A program made the position numbers and the translations under genes. A stretch of DNA of 64,000 nucleotides, from assembly GCF_009914755.1 (NCBI RefSeq), contig NC_060941.1. The stretch is one strand, 5' to 3'. A model generated the notes under the pieces. It saw only the letters and a program-made list of their open reading frames with translations, was not told the origin of the DNA and searched no databases. Below are positions 1-13,849 of the stretch, in pieces (the stretch's first letter is position 1; every line of letters begins with the position of its first letter). The stretch is from the human T2T-CHM13v2.0 reference genome, Homo sapiens.

Positions 1-2020
1 TAATGAAAATATTTTCTCCAGTGGTTACTACTCTAAGGTACTACTCATGAGGAAGGAATATATAGAAGGTTCTTGTCTTGCCACTTCACATATGGAGAAA
101 CGCTTTTGCCTTACTAAGAACTAATTTTATGTTGCCCCCATGAGTGAATACTTTAAAAAAATAGCAATCCAAATCCACTACAGATTTATTTTGGAATGTC
201 CTGTTTTGGGCCTCATGCAATGGAAGCAAGCCTTTATGTTGAGGGGTTTACCATGAACATGTTGGTTGGGAAATCATCTGTCAGTTCCTCAAGGACATTA
301 TCAACAATTTTGCATGCTTAGAAAGTCATTGCCAAATAAGTCAATGAATAAATAAAATAATGACTCTACATTGAAATCGGATGTAAATTTAAAACTTAGA
401 TAATTATTTAAATGGATTATTTTAAAGTACCCAGATATTTAGTGCTAAGTACATTAATTATTCCTTATCATTATAATGATAAATAGTAATTTATAAATGA
501 ATAGTAATTATAGTAATTATTCAATTACATTTGGAAAATGGTGCCTAGGACTAGAACCAAAGTCTGATTGATGCCAAAGCATGTCTTCCTAATCCCTGTG
601 GAATATTGTTTCTGTGTTCAAATGATGGCATGCTTTCTGTAGCTCATAAGGAGTAAACTTGCCTTCAAATAATCTCTTGGGTTTTAAAATGATTGCTTCA
701 CCAGAAAAAAAAATGCCATTGCCTTCCCACAGAACCTCTGTAGTGTTATATTAATTGAGGATAGAACTAGCTCAACAAATCTTTTGGGAGCATTTTTATC
801 CTCTTAAAAAGTCTTTGATATTCACGATGTGTGTGGGTAGTAGGAAACAGAACACTTTGCCCAGCTGAACTGAGTTCAAAATAGAACTGTTTATCTAATG
901 AACTTATCTTATGGAACAATGCAGAGAACAGATCTCTTGCTCTCTTTCTTTAGATAAAATTTTTAAAGTCTCGTTTTGTAAAGGAGACAGAACTTTGCTG
1001 TCTCCTTCTTGTTTACTTAAATAAACTATACAGGAAACAGGCATTATTGTCTTTGAAAAAGCAATGTAAAAACTTGGTAAAACCAATGATCCCCAGAGAG
1101 TACACAGCCACAGAATGAGAACACGATGTTTCTTCCATCAGGGCACACAGAAGGGCACCGAGTCTACTTTGAATTCCAGCTGTACATTTGTACCCAGTTA
1201 ATGAATCTGCTGTTGATAACTTTGGATGACTTCCAGTATGATGGACTCAGTAGTCTCAGGGAAACCTTGCTTCCCTGATTTATTTCTTGCTATTTATTTT
1301 CTAAGTTTAACTTAGTTTGCAAAACTTTCTTTACAGCACTGATAGGGCTTGATTACCTTATTTTTACAGCGCTAATAGGGCTTGATCATCCTTTTTCTAG
1401 AATCTAGGTTATAGCATGAGGTTTTGGATCGCTTCCACAATAAAATGAACATTTCTGACTCTCCAATATTATGCAATTAAAATTAGCCATTAACTGAAAG
1501 TCGAGAAACTTGAGTTTGATTCTTTTCCTCTTTGTGGCTTGGGCAAGTCACCCAACTTCTGAGTGCTCTATTGTCAGATCTCAGGATTCCATCTGTAGAT
1601 ACTTCATTATTCTTTTCTTAGAAAAAAAAATCCTATCTGGGCTCAGAATATCAGAGAACTGAGACAAGACAACTTGGGGAAATAGCTAACACTACTACAC
1701 AAGCTACCAGAACAGCTGTAGGAAGCCTCTTTTTTAAAAAAATATTCCCTGATGCAACATCTGTCAGCAAAGCCACTGACCTTTTACTGTGGATAGTCAT
1801 CTATTTCCATGTGAAGAGAGTCACAGGCGTCTGGCTCGGGGACTGACTGCAGCACAAAGGTTTTCTTCAGTCCCAATCAGAAATTCTAGGTTTTCAGGTT
1901 CGCACACTAATTTTCACTCCTTCTTACCCAAAGCCAATGCAGTAAGGAGCATGGGGTGTCCAATACCATAATAAACTGTAAACTGCATTTGAAAGGAAAG
2001 CAGCAGGGGCCAGAACTCAC

Positions 2021-2377
2021 ACTTGTGGAGCCTCACCCTGCTGTGACTGACATGACGTAAGTCGGAGACCTCGGTTCACAGTTTTATGTGACAGGACACA
2101 GGAGCAGCCAACTTTAGGGAAGACTGATAGGAAAGCCCAAGGGTGAATCTCTCTGGGAACAGGAAGCATGTACCGCGGGACCAACAAGGCTTTTGGACAG
2201 AGAACTTTCACGGGTTTTGTAGAAGCAACTGGGCTCCCCTGAGGCTGCCAAGAGGGTGTGCTCTGATCACATGGACTGTGCATTTCCTTAGAGCACCTCC
2301 CTTCCCAGCCCACGGAATCCAGAAAGAAGCTGCTGTGCTGCTGTGTGACCTCCATCAGTGCAGTGGATTCCTTTATA
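2021..2377 (-). promoter_or_regulatory. Possible minus-strand promoter/non-coding first exon (tentatively the distal 5' exon of the neighbour TMEM100)
   Basis: Unique sequence with modest CpG content. Minus-strand TATAAA at 2372-2377, minus-strand donor-like GTGAGT at 2015-2020, CRE-like TGACGTAA at 2053-2060. The TMEM100 link rests only on my recollection that it lies divergently upstream of PCTP. Confidence 0.3.
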
Positions 2378-2600
2378 AGCACACAGTTCTCATAAGCAGA
2401 GAAAAACGTAACACTGTATATTCCTCTCTTCTCCAAATTTTCTTATTTTCTTTTTGGTAAGGTTACAATCTTACCACTGTCAAATATGTCCTGTACACCA
2501 GGGAGGATTTGTGCTACCTGCCTCAGAATCACACAGGGTGCTTGCAAAAAATACAGGTTTCTGGGCTCCACCCCAGACCTACTACATTACTGCATCAGGA

Positions 2601-2603
<3 letters not shown>

Positions 2604-2650
<47 letters not shown>
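2604..2650. repeat. (GT)n microsatellite
   Basis: About 23 perfect GT units. Confidence 0.97.
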
Positions 2651-2651
<1 letters not shown>

Positions 2652-3083
2652 GAAAGGTCAGAAACTTGTGTTTTTTATCTGCATCCATATGAAGTTTGAG
2701 ATCCTCTGCTTAATGCTAATACAGAAAGCTATCAAGTTTGCAAATCCGGCCTCACCCCTCTTTAAAACCCATCCATGATTCCCCCTCATCTGAGGTCTAG
2801 AATCTCTACATGACACACAAGTCTTCCCATGAGCTGGCCTCTCCCTTTCTTTCCAGTCTCAGCTCCAGCTTGGATCAAATTACAAATCACAAACAACACA
2901 TTATTTTATGTTTGTCATGCTTTGTTGGTTCCTACTCTTGGAGGCTCAAGATGATGTCTACTCATCTTTTCATGACTACCTCAAGCATCACCTGCTTCTA
3001 GAAACCTTCCCTGGTAAGTCCTCCTCTATTTTCAGACTAGGCAGCATGAGGTCCCTTCCCCCATGTTCCCGTAATGTTTATGC

Positions 3084-3308
3084 CAGTGTTTCTCAATCTG
3101 AGTACTTTTGACATTTGGGGCTGGATAATTATTTATTGTGAAGAGCTGTCCTGTTCATTGCAGAATGTTTAGCAGCATCTCTGGCCTATACCCACTCTAT
3201 GCCAGTAGCAACCCCTCCTCTCCTGCACAGTTGTGACAACCACGAATGTCTTCAGACATTGCCAAATCACCCTGGCGTGAAAATGTTCCTGGCTGAAAAT
3301 ACTGCTCT
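3084..3308. mobile_element. MER20 (hAT-Charlie)
   Basis: cagtgtttctcaatc...gacatttggggctggataatt...gtgacaaccacgaatgtcttcagacattgccaaat. Confidence 0.85.
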
Positions 3309-4224
3309 GTGCTTACATGTATCATAGCCCTCAAAAAATAGTGTGGAAAGTGGCTGTTTGCTTGTTTATCTTCTCTAATCTAAAAGACTGAGAGTTTCTT
3401 AAGAGTAACGAGTGTACAGAATTAACCTTTGTGTCCCCTACACTAAAGCACAACATCTAATGCATAGTTAGACATAAAATACACATTTCTTGAGCAAAGC
3501 GTTTTTGATGGACTAGATGTCAGAAACCCTAGCCAATCTTGGTTGGCTCTACTGCTTGCAACGTTGTGACTGTGGACAAATAAGTTAACAGCTCCGTGCC
3601 TCAGTTTCCCTTATTTGGAAAATGGGGGTAATAGTGCCCTCCTTGCATATTTGGGTCATTATGCAGGTATGGGAAAGTATAAAGTGCAGGAAGAACCCTG
3701 GTTATAGTAATGTGACCTAAAGGTTGCTGCTCTCATATTTGCCTTCTCTGGAAACATTGAAAGTTCAGGGCCACCCACACAATATCATCCACTTTAACAA
3801 TAGCTGGAGGATTTCATTAATGCAGAACATTATAAATGTGAGAAATCTTATGGAAAATGATTGAACCTCCAGTATGGAATGAGACCAACATAATTGTTAA
3901 AAGAGTTCTCTTAACATAATGCTGTACAGCACACTATGAATATCCTAAAGGTCAAATGCTCTCATCCGTATCTGTTATGCCTCCTGCTAAAGACTCAACC
4001 AGGCCTAAAGGAGCCTTCTCTGCTACAGACCTGTCTGATTTTCTGTTCTTGAGGAACTGCAAATCCCATTCTTTGCACCCTCTTCTGTCCTTCTTCCTTT
4101 CTGCTCTGTGCTAGGACAGCCAGCTGCTTCCTTGCTTCCTGACTCTTAATATCAGTTATAGGAAATTAGCAGGTTTTGCATTGGGATGCCTCTCCTATTA
4201 TTTATTACCTTCAAGAAGAGCTTT

Positions 4225-4271
4225 GTCTCTCTTTCATTGTCTCTTTCTCTGTCTCTCTCAGTCTCTCTGTA

Positions 4272-4326
<55 letters not shown>

Positions 4327-4362
4327 GTTCTCTCTCTGACTCTCTGTCTCTCTCTCTCTCTC
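4225..4362. repeat. (CT)n imperfect microsatellite
   Basis: Long TC tract. Confidence 0.95.
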
Positions 4363-5335
4363 TGATTATTTTATGACTTCCTTTTATACTTTGTCCATTC
4401 CACTACTGTTGCCTCCGTGCTATCCAAGCACTGTGGTAAGCTGATTTATATACAGTATCACTCTCCCTACTTTTACAGAAATAATTAGCTTCCAGATTGT
4501 GTTCAGCTAAGAAGCACCCCTGTTGCATGGAAATGTGGACTGTGCTTCTCCCTTCACCACCATCAACCCCCACCCCCCACCAGCTGCAGCTGGCCAGGCT
4601 TTCTTGTTAACCATTTCATGCCCCAAACACTTAGAGTACAAAAGCACTTAAAAACTGTAACATTCTCTACAAACGTGTCAAAAAGTCCTAAACACATATA
4701 CTGACAGTGCAACAAGAAGGCTTGGAAATTATCTAATCTAGCTCTTTCACTTTAGACTTGGGCATATTGAAACCTGAAGAGGTTAAGTGACTCACTCGTT
4801 ACCATTTTCTTTGCATTTCTAATCATCTCAAAAGGCAATCTGAATCATTCTGTAATCTTTTTAGTGTATCATGACTAATCTTTATTTTCCAATCTTTCCT
4901 ATACTTCATGGTCCCCTCTTTTAAGCTTGAAATAGTAAGTTCCTTTTAGTATAGGCTTTGGAGATGTTTCATCTGAAAGAGGTGATAGATGTTGTTTTTA
5001 AAACACTGAGTTCTATGTATCTGTTTTTACAAGTAGCACAAGGTTTAGGGTAATTAACAAGTTTTTATTTTTTGCATATATTTAGCTATGGGAGAATATA
5101 TATCCATGTTTAGATTTACTATGGTACATCTATTTATTTATTTTAAAATTTTATTGTGGTAAGAACACTTAACATGAGAACTACTTAATTATTGTTGGCT
5201 ATATCAGAATTGAGTCAGTTTTCCATATTATCCAGTAAAGTATGTTCACTTTGAAAAAATTTTTCAATGTGCATTTTACTATGTTTTTCCTAAAGGCATG
5301 GAAATTCTTATTTAAATATTTCCTTTTTAGCTCAT

Positions 5336-5713
5336 TGTATTAGTCTGTTCTCATGCTGCTAATAAAGACATGTCCAAGACTGGGCAATTTATAAAGGAAA
5401 GAGGTTTTATTGACTCACAGTTCAGCATGACTGGGGAGGCCTCAGGAAACTTACAATCATGGCAGAAGGGAAAGCAAACGTGTCTTTTTTCACACGGCAG
5501 CATCAAGGAGAAGAATGAATGCTCAGCGAAGGGGGAAGCTACCTATAAAACCATCAGATCTCATGAGAACTAACTCACTATTATGAGAACAGGATGGGGA
5601 AAACTGCCCCCATGATTCAATTATCTCCACCTGGTTCCTCCCAGGACATGTGGGGATTATGGGAACCACAATTCAAGATGAAATTTGGGTGGGGACATGG
5701 CCAACTCATAGTA
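5336..5713 (-). mobile_element. THE1 (ERVL-MaLR) solo LTR
   Basis: tgtattagtctgttctcatgctgctaataaagac ... gaaatttgggtggggaca. 5-bp TSD CTCAT at 5331-5335 and 5714-5718. Confidence 0.9.
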
Positions 5714-7229
5714 CTCATTAACCTTAATACATCATTTGCTATCCTTTGAAAAAAATCCTTCTCAAGGCTGTGTTAATCTGTTTATAACCTACGATTAAAG
5801 TTTTCAAAATAAATTTTCAATAGGAGACTACAGTGTATAAATTATATGTCAGTGCCTGGCATAAACTAGACACTCATTTATTTTTAGTTCCCTATACCCA
5901 CTAAAAGTATATGTTTTGACTTTCCCTATAAAATAATGCCAAACATTTCACGATGTGATAGCCAAACTGAAATTATGCTTCTATGATCTTTCAGAAATGT
6001 TCTTGGATAAATGAGTGAAAAGGAAATAAAAATAACCTTTAAGTGTTAGGAAACCTTTCAATCCAGCTACACACCAGCTTTACCCACTCACTTCCTTCTC
6101 TCTTCTGCGCCCTCTACCGACTACCAACTGCAAGTCTGTATTAAATTAGCAAATTTAACTGTTTTGAACAACAAAAAAGCAATTTTCCCCAGCCTATGCC
6201 TGAAAGTCATTAAAACACAAATGATTGCTTTAAAGAATCATGTTGTCTTTTTTCTTTTTTTAGTGGCACCAGGAAAACCTAGCTATAATGTAAAAAATGA
6301 GACAATATAGATAAACCTAAGTAAAAAATAAAAATCACATCAACTCCACCTTCAACAGAACTACCAATATTTTTTGTATCTTCACTCTGCCCTCTCTACA
6401 TAATATGTACGTTATTTTTCTTATAAAAATGGGATTATATATTTTGTATATAATTTGTATAAACTTTCTCTTTTTGTATTAACCATCCATGGCAAACTCT
6501 TTTCATGTCAATAAACGGATAATCAGAAATGGCTACATCGTGTTCCATTGCAAGGATGTCCCACAATATCTTTGTGGGCACACATTAAGTCTGCTTCCAG
6601 CTTTTCTTGTTGCTTTTTTTTAAAAATTTCCTCTCATGTCTCATCTTCTCCATGAATATATGATAGAAACTAGGGCCAATAGTGATAATAATTAATCTCA
6701 GGGGCTACAAATGACAGGTATCTCAATATACACACTCTTTTGTTAAATACTTCTGCCTCATTCCATTTCCTATACTGCTTATTCTTTCCTACTAAATTGC
6801 ATCTAAATATGCAGTATTAGTTCACATTTAGTGTGCACACAATAGTGAACATTTTGTAAAGATGTAAATTTTTTTCTCAATAAAATTCAAGAATTTTCAC
6901 CTCCAAAAATGAGAGTTGGCTTTCATGAAGAAGGTAAAATCTAAATACATAAAAATAATGAGAGAAAAAGATAAGAAATAAGGGCTCCTAATACAAGGGA
7001 TTTAGTCTACGCAAAGTAGAAATTCCAGAGAATATAATGGAACTGAAAGAACACAAGCAAAGGTGAAAACAATAGAAGGAGAACATTTTGAGCCAAAGAA
7101 ATATTTAAATTTGATACTTAAAAAGATTAACTGAAAAGAAATGGAAAAAATATCCCCATGTTTCTAGATATATCCAGGCAAAATTCTTGAATATAAAAGA
7201 CAAAACTTTCTATGAGAATCAAGGCTTTA

Positions 7230-7565
<336 letters not shown>

Positions 7566-8025
7566 TCAAGCCATTTTCCCCAAAGCTGAATGCCAAGCAG
7601 TCACTGTTTACAGAATTTTGAGCGTGAAATCAAATTAGGAACTCATGAATAGTGAAGATGCAGTTTACAAGTACTCAAAGTAAGCAATAAGGTCATACTT
7701 TAAAAACATTTTACAAAAGTAAAACTATAATTCTTTACAGAGAACAGGCATGTCTTAAACCACAATAATACTAATCCAGATTTTTATTCCGAGGTATAAG
7801 CAAATCCAGGAAACGGCAGATGTTAGTGAGAGGAAGTATAAACTTAATATATTTATTTTACACAGAGAGAGTCAGAAATAATTTTTTTCTTTATACTAAC
7901 ATACATGATATATCTATTCAAAACCTAAAGGTAACTATAAATAAGATTGTCTCTTTTTTTTTAAATAATTTCACTTCTTCATTTCTAATGTTCCTTCTTT
8001 TAAAAGACAGTCATATAGGATGGAT

Positions 8026-8720
8026 GTCTATTTTAGTTGTCTATTCCTGCATAATAAACAACCCCAAATATCAGTGGCTTAAAAGAACAAGAGTTATTTA
8101 TTTTGCCTGTGAATCTGTAATTTAGCCCAGGCTCAGTGGTGAGAGCTCATCTCTGTCTGCTCCAGATAGTGTTAGCTGGGGCAGTCCAACAGGATTGGAC
8201 GGGTGGGTGGGAGGATCTGCTTTCAAGAGGACGCCTTGATATGGCTGGCAAGTTGGTGCTAATTGCGACTGGGGAGCTCAGGCTCCAGAGCTGTTGAGGC
8301 CAGGCTGTTGGTCAGGCGCTTTAGATGTCCTCCAAGACATAGTCTTCATAAGATGTTTGGGCTTCCTCCTGGGATGGTGTCTGGGTTTTGGGTTCTAAAA
8401 TGATGTCCAAGTTCTGACTTTGTAGGCAAGAAGTTTGAATTGTATATAATGCACTGTCAAGTCATTGGAGCATTTTAGGGAGGGAGTGTCATGATCTCTG
8501 GGTTCTGAGAGAGCTCCAAAAGAAACAGGAAGCTGTTTATCTTTTATGACCAAGTCTTGGAGGTCACAGAACATCACTTCTGATGTAGTCAGAAGTCTGC
8601 TCCAACTTAAGGTGAAGGAACACAGGCTCTACCTCTTGGTGAGAGAAGTGTTAAAGTCATATAAGAGATTATGTGGGAAGAGAAATACTGTTGTGGCCAT
8701 TTTTGAAAAATACAATGAGT
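8026..8720 (-). mobile_element. MLT1-family LTR interrupted by an insertion at about 8390-8498
   Basis: aacaaccccaaatatcagtggcttaaaa ... gttgtggccatttttg resemble MLT1 motifs. Confidence 0.7.
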
Positions 8721-8774
8721 CTATCTTCAAAATGCTAAAGGAAAAAAAAGGCTTTGTTTAAATTTTAAATTTAA

Positions 8775-8920
8775 TTTTATATTTTTAGAGATGGGTTTCA
8801 CTGTCACCCACGCTGGCACAAGCATAACTCATTATAACCTCCAATTCCTGGGCTCAAGTGATCCTCCTGCCTCAGCCTCCCAAATAGCTGGGACTATAGA
8901 CCTGAGCCACCATGCCTGGC
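8775..8920 (-). mobile_element. Old partial Alu (AluJ/FRAM-like)
   Basis: ctcaagtgatcctcctgcctcagcctcccaaatagctgggactatag. Confidence 0.8.
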
Positions 8921-9127
8921 ACAAAAAAGTATTTTTAAAATCCCCAAATAGATGCCCTTATTTGGCTTGGTGGTTATGAGAAATGCCTTGGAATAAAGGG
9001 ATCTGGATTTGAATCCCATTTGTAATATTTACTTTCTGTATATCTGTAAAAATGTCCTTTAGTCTTCTTAAACCATCTGTTAAATGGAAATATTGATACT
9101 TAATTCACTGGGTTTGTAGTGAGATAA

Positions 9128-9503
<376 letters not shown>

Positions 9504-9621
9504 CTAAATGGTAGTTTTTAAAAAGACAAGAAAGACTGCAATACTACTGTTTACATTGCTTGGGAGTTCCAGCCCAGTGATTGTCAAGTTTGTTTTTATC
9601 AGTAGAACCCTTTGCCTCTCT

Positions 9622-9752
9622 GGCCAGGTGCAATGCCTGTAATGCCAGCACTTTGGAAAGCCAAGATGGGAGGATGGCTTGAGGCCCGAAGTTTGAGACC
9701 AGCCTAGGCAACACAGTGAGATCCTCGTCTCTCCAAAAATAAATAAATAAAA
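9622..9752 (+). mobile_element. Alu left monomer (FLAM-like)
   Basis: ggccaggtgc...ccagcactttgg...gagaccagcctagg plus A tail. Imperfect TSD cctttgc(c/t)tctc. Confidence 0.85.
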
Positions 9753-12445
9753 ACCTTTGCTTCTCATAAACACTTCTTCAGAGTCTGAATGCAGAAAACC
9801 AACAACTTAGCTTTTATTTGTAAAGCAAAGATGACAGAGCCTAGAGCTCTGTACCTGCTAGTTTACCCTACTTCCTGCAAAGACACCAGGAGCATCTGCT
9901 GAGACATTATGAAAACCATTGTTTCAGCCCAGCTCATTTAATATCATGGGAAAGAAAAATGATTGGTACAGCTATTAGAAAAGCTATGGTAAAGTTATCT
10001 CCTTTTTTCCCCTTAACAATATGATTGTCTATTTAGAAAACTGAAGAGAACAACTTAAAAACTAATAGAACTAACAAAAGAATTTAGTTTGGTGACTAAT
10101 TCATTTATCATTTATAAACACACATATATATATACATACACATATATCTATAGCCCTAGATCCAAATCTCTCTCCCTCTGTATGTACATATATATATATA
10201 TTCTAGATATATATCCAGAATTCTTATATTATTTCACCCAATAGATATTTGCATACTTATTATGTGCCAGGTGTGTGCTAGCGACTGGGGAGGCAGTGGT
10301 AAGTAGGGTAGCAGGTCTCACTGTCCAGCTTATGCTCTGATGTGGGAGACAGACACTTAACTAATTACTAACTAACTGAGATTAGTGTTGGAAAGCAATT
10401 AATATTTATTTACTTATTTACTTTTTATTGTTTTCCTCCTACCCCCACTGGGGTACAAATCCAATAATAAATGCAATAAATTTCATGCAAGAAGAAAAGA
10501 AAAGGCTGAAATAAAAAAAAAGAAGAGTTGAGGGAGGGTTGGGGTTAGGGGAGGAGAGTCTATGGAAGGAGTGCTCAAGCTGATACCCAAAAGGTAAGGA
10601 TGGCTGAAGTGCTGAGGAGGACAGGTGAAGTGGAGAGGACAGCATGGGGGTGCGGGGGTTGAGAAGAGAACACAGGACTTTGTAGGCAAGGAGTTTGAAT
10701 TATATTTAATGCTCTGTGATGTCATGGGAGGATTTTAGGGAGGGCGTGGCATGATCTCCTTAGCATTTTAACACAGCTCTCTCTGTCTCTGTGTAGGGAG
10801 TGGATCCAGCAGGGAGATGTCAGAAGGTCACTGAATCATCAGGGCAACATTGATAGTGGCGTCAGCTGGGTGGGCAGTCCAGATAGAAAGAAATGAACAG
10901 ATTTTAGCTATGTGGGAAGTAGAAATGGAAAAATTGTTGACAAATCAGATATAGGGTTTGAAGAAAGCAGAAAAATATAGTTGTAAGGTTTTCAAACTTC
11001 CAAACAAATCTGATTTGTCCTCATGGACACACAACCTTAGTGAAAAAGCAAGCAGGAGGCGCCTAAATAAGTTTTCTTCCCTGGCGGAAGTGGTCTATAT
11101 TAAGTCTGCTGAAGTCACCCAAGCATAGTCTACTTTCCCAGAGAAAGACAGCCAGGACTCTGATTCAAACTTGAGACCTCCACTATAAAGTGAAGATTTC
11201 AGGTGCAGGAAAAAAGACATCGATATTTATGCAGATTAGTATGAGGGTGCAGTTCTGTAGTCTGGGGATCACAGCCCAAGTGTAACTCTAGACTTTCGGG
11301 CTGAAATATCCTGGTGTTGAACTTGGATCTCCTGCCATAATGAATCAGGGAACGGAAGGGACTTCGTAATACAATACATCCAGCTTGTCTGTGGAATCCC
11401 GTTACTGGAAGAAAGGTGAATGATGACTTTATTCTCTGATCCCTTCCAGGATTCAAACAAACCTAGTGTTCTGAACTGTCATTTTGTTTAGTGAGTTTCA
11501 CATAAAGTATCTGTATTAACAGGTAAAACTGTAAACTCATCTTTCCTAACATCTGATTTTCATGTTCTTATTTTACTTACGTTAGCAGGCTAAATATACC
11601 ATGGACTCTCAGTCTTTATGGATGTATGACAACATGGTTTGACTAACTGAATAACAAAGTTATTATCCAATCCTTGTGCCTCAATTCCCTCATCTGTAAA
11701 ATGAAAGTGGTAGACTCGATAACACATAACATGTACATAAAATGATTTCTGCAATTCGTTGTTTGTGTTCATGTGTTTACATGGACTACTGGTTAAGGAT
11801 GAGATTTGGCATCTGATACATCTTTGTACTCTACAGCAGCCATTACGGCCATGAAACCATAAAAATTTATACTGAAGGAGCTTTCAGATGTAGCCTTTAA
11901 TGTATTCTTTTATCTATTAGTGTACTCACTCATTTGACAAATATTTATTAATGATAAATACACAATTGTCAAATGAATGAATACATAAATAAGAAAGAGA
12001 ATACATTAAAGGTGATATCTAAATTATTTTTCAGCATGACATTATATGACATTTATGGCTATAATGGTTCATAAAAAGCCTTTTGGTAATGAAGACCTTT
12101 ATAAATGTAATGAGGTTAGAAGCTGTGTTCACTGCTTCATGCCTGCAGATTTGACATCCATAATAGATGCCCAAAACATGAGAAAGGGGGCTCTGAAATC
12201 TCACAGAACTGACTCTAAACTCCAGCTCTGCCTTTGACCTGCCCATGAGACCTTGGACAACTTACTTCACTTCTCTAAACTTCAGTTTCTTCCTGTGCAA
12301 CCTGGAGATTATAATAGAACTGACTTCACGGTGAAATTGTTGGAATTAAATGAAAACACTTAGCATAGTTCCTGGTCCATAATGAGTACTCGGCAGGCTT
12401 AAACTATTATTAACTGACTGTTGCAAGTTATTTTATAAGCTTTAG

Positions 12446-12733
<288 letters not shown>

Positions 12734-13150
12734 TAGACTAGAACTAAACTGATTTGGATGGCAATTGAAACATTAAAATCGACTCTGCTGCAGAATTTAG
12801 AAATGCCTATCAAGTGTTCACTTTCACTTTTCGGAGTGCTTTTGCTCATATTATCTGTTTAATCATGTCAGCAAATCCTTGAGATCGGCATTATTATTTT
12901 TACATCACTGTTAAGTAAACAGGTTTAAAAAATTAAAGTGACTTGTCTGGTTCTTAAAGTGACTAGAACTTGTCCTTGACTCTTGTCTTGGGAATCCACA
13001 TACAAAATTAATTCTACAATGTGAAAAATATCTTTAGGGGAAGTGAGAAGTTCTGGTCTTACCCAGATGTTTTCTCTATGATACCACGTATTTCATTCAC
13101 TTCTCAATTGCTCGGTGCATAATAGCTTTTACTAGTAAATAAGAACAGAT

Positions 13151-13684
13151 ACAGTAGCCTCTCCTTAGCCATGGTTTCATTTTTTCAGGTTTCGGTTACT
13201 TGTCAACTGAGGTCTGAAAATATTCAAAGGGAAAATTCCAGAAATAAAAGAATTCATAAGTTTTAAATTGTGTGCCATTCTGAACAGCGTGGTGAAATGT
13301 TGCACCATCTCAACCCCTTCCACCTGGGACATGAATTATTCCTTTGTCCAGTGTATCCACTCTGTCTACGTTGAGTGACTCACCTGCTGGAAGGCAGCCA
13401 GCTCAGTTATCAGATTGTCTTGATAATTCAGTGCCTTTCTTCAAGTAGCCCTTATTTTACTTAATTATCCTATGTAATGAATAGTTATTGTTGTTAATAT
13501 CTTACTGTGCATAATTTATGAACTAAATTTTATCACAGGTATGTATAGGCAGGGAAAATCATAGTGTATGTAGGGTTCAGTAAAGAAAAATCATAGTGTT
13601 TGCAGGGTTCAATACTATCCGTGGTTTCAGGTACCCCCTGGGGGTCTAGAAACACATCCCCTGAGGATAAGGGGATGTATACTG
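13151..13684. mobile_element. MER44-like TcMar-Tigger DNA transposon
   Basis: Terminal inverted repeats cagtagcctctccttagcc ... ggataaggggatgtatactg with TA flanks. Internal tandem duplication of about 32 bp at 13555-13613. Confidence 0.75.
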
Positions 13685-13849
13685 TATACTTTTAGTATCT
13701 CAATTTCTTGAAAAAAGTTGATCAACAGGTAATGCATGTGTGTTCTCTATGCAGTTAGACATCTGTGAACATTCATTCATTTATTTTTAATAGCATTCCA
13801 AAATGGTGTTTTTTTTCTGCTATTTTTTCATTACAATTATACCTTTATT

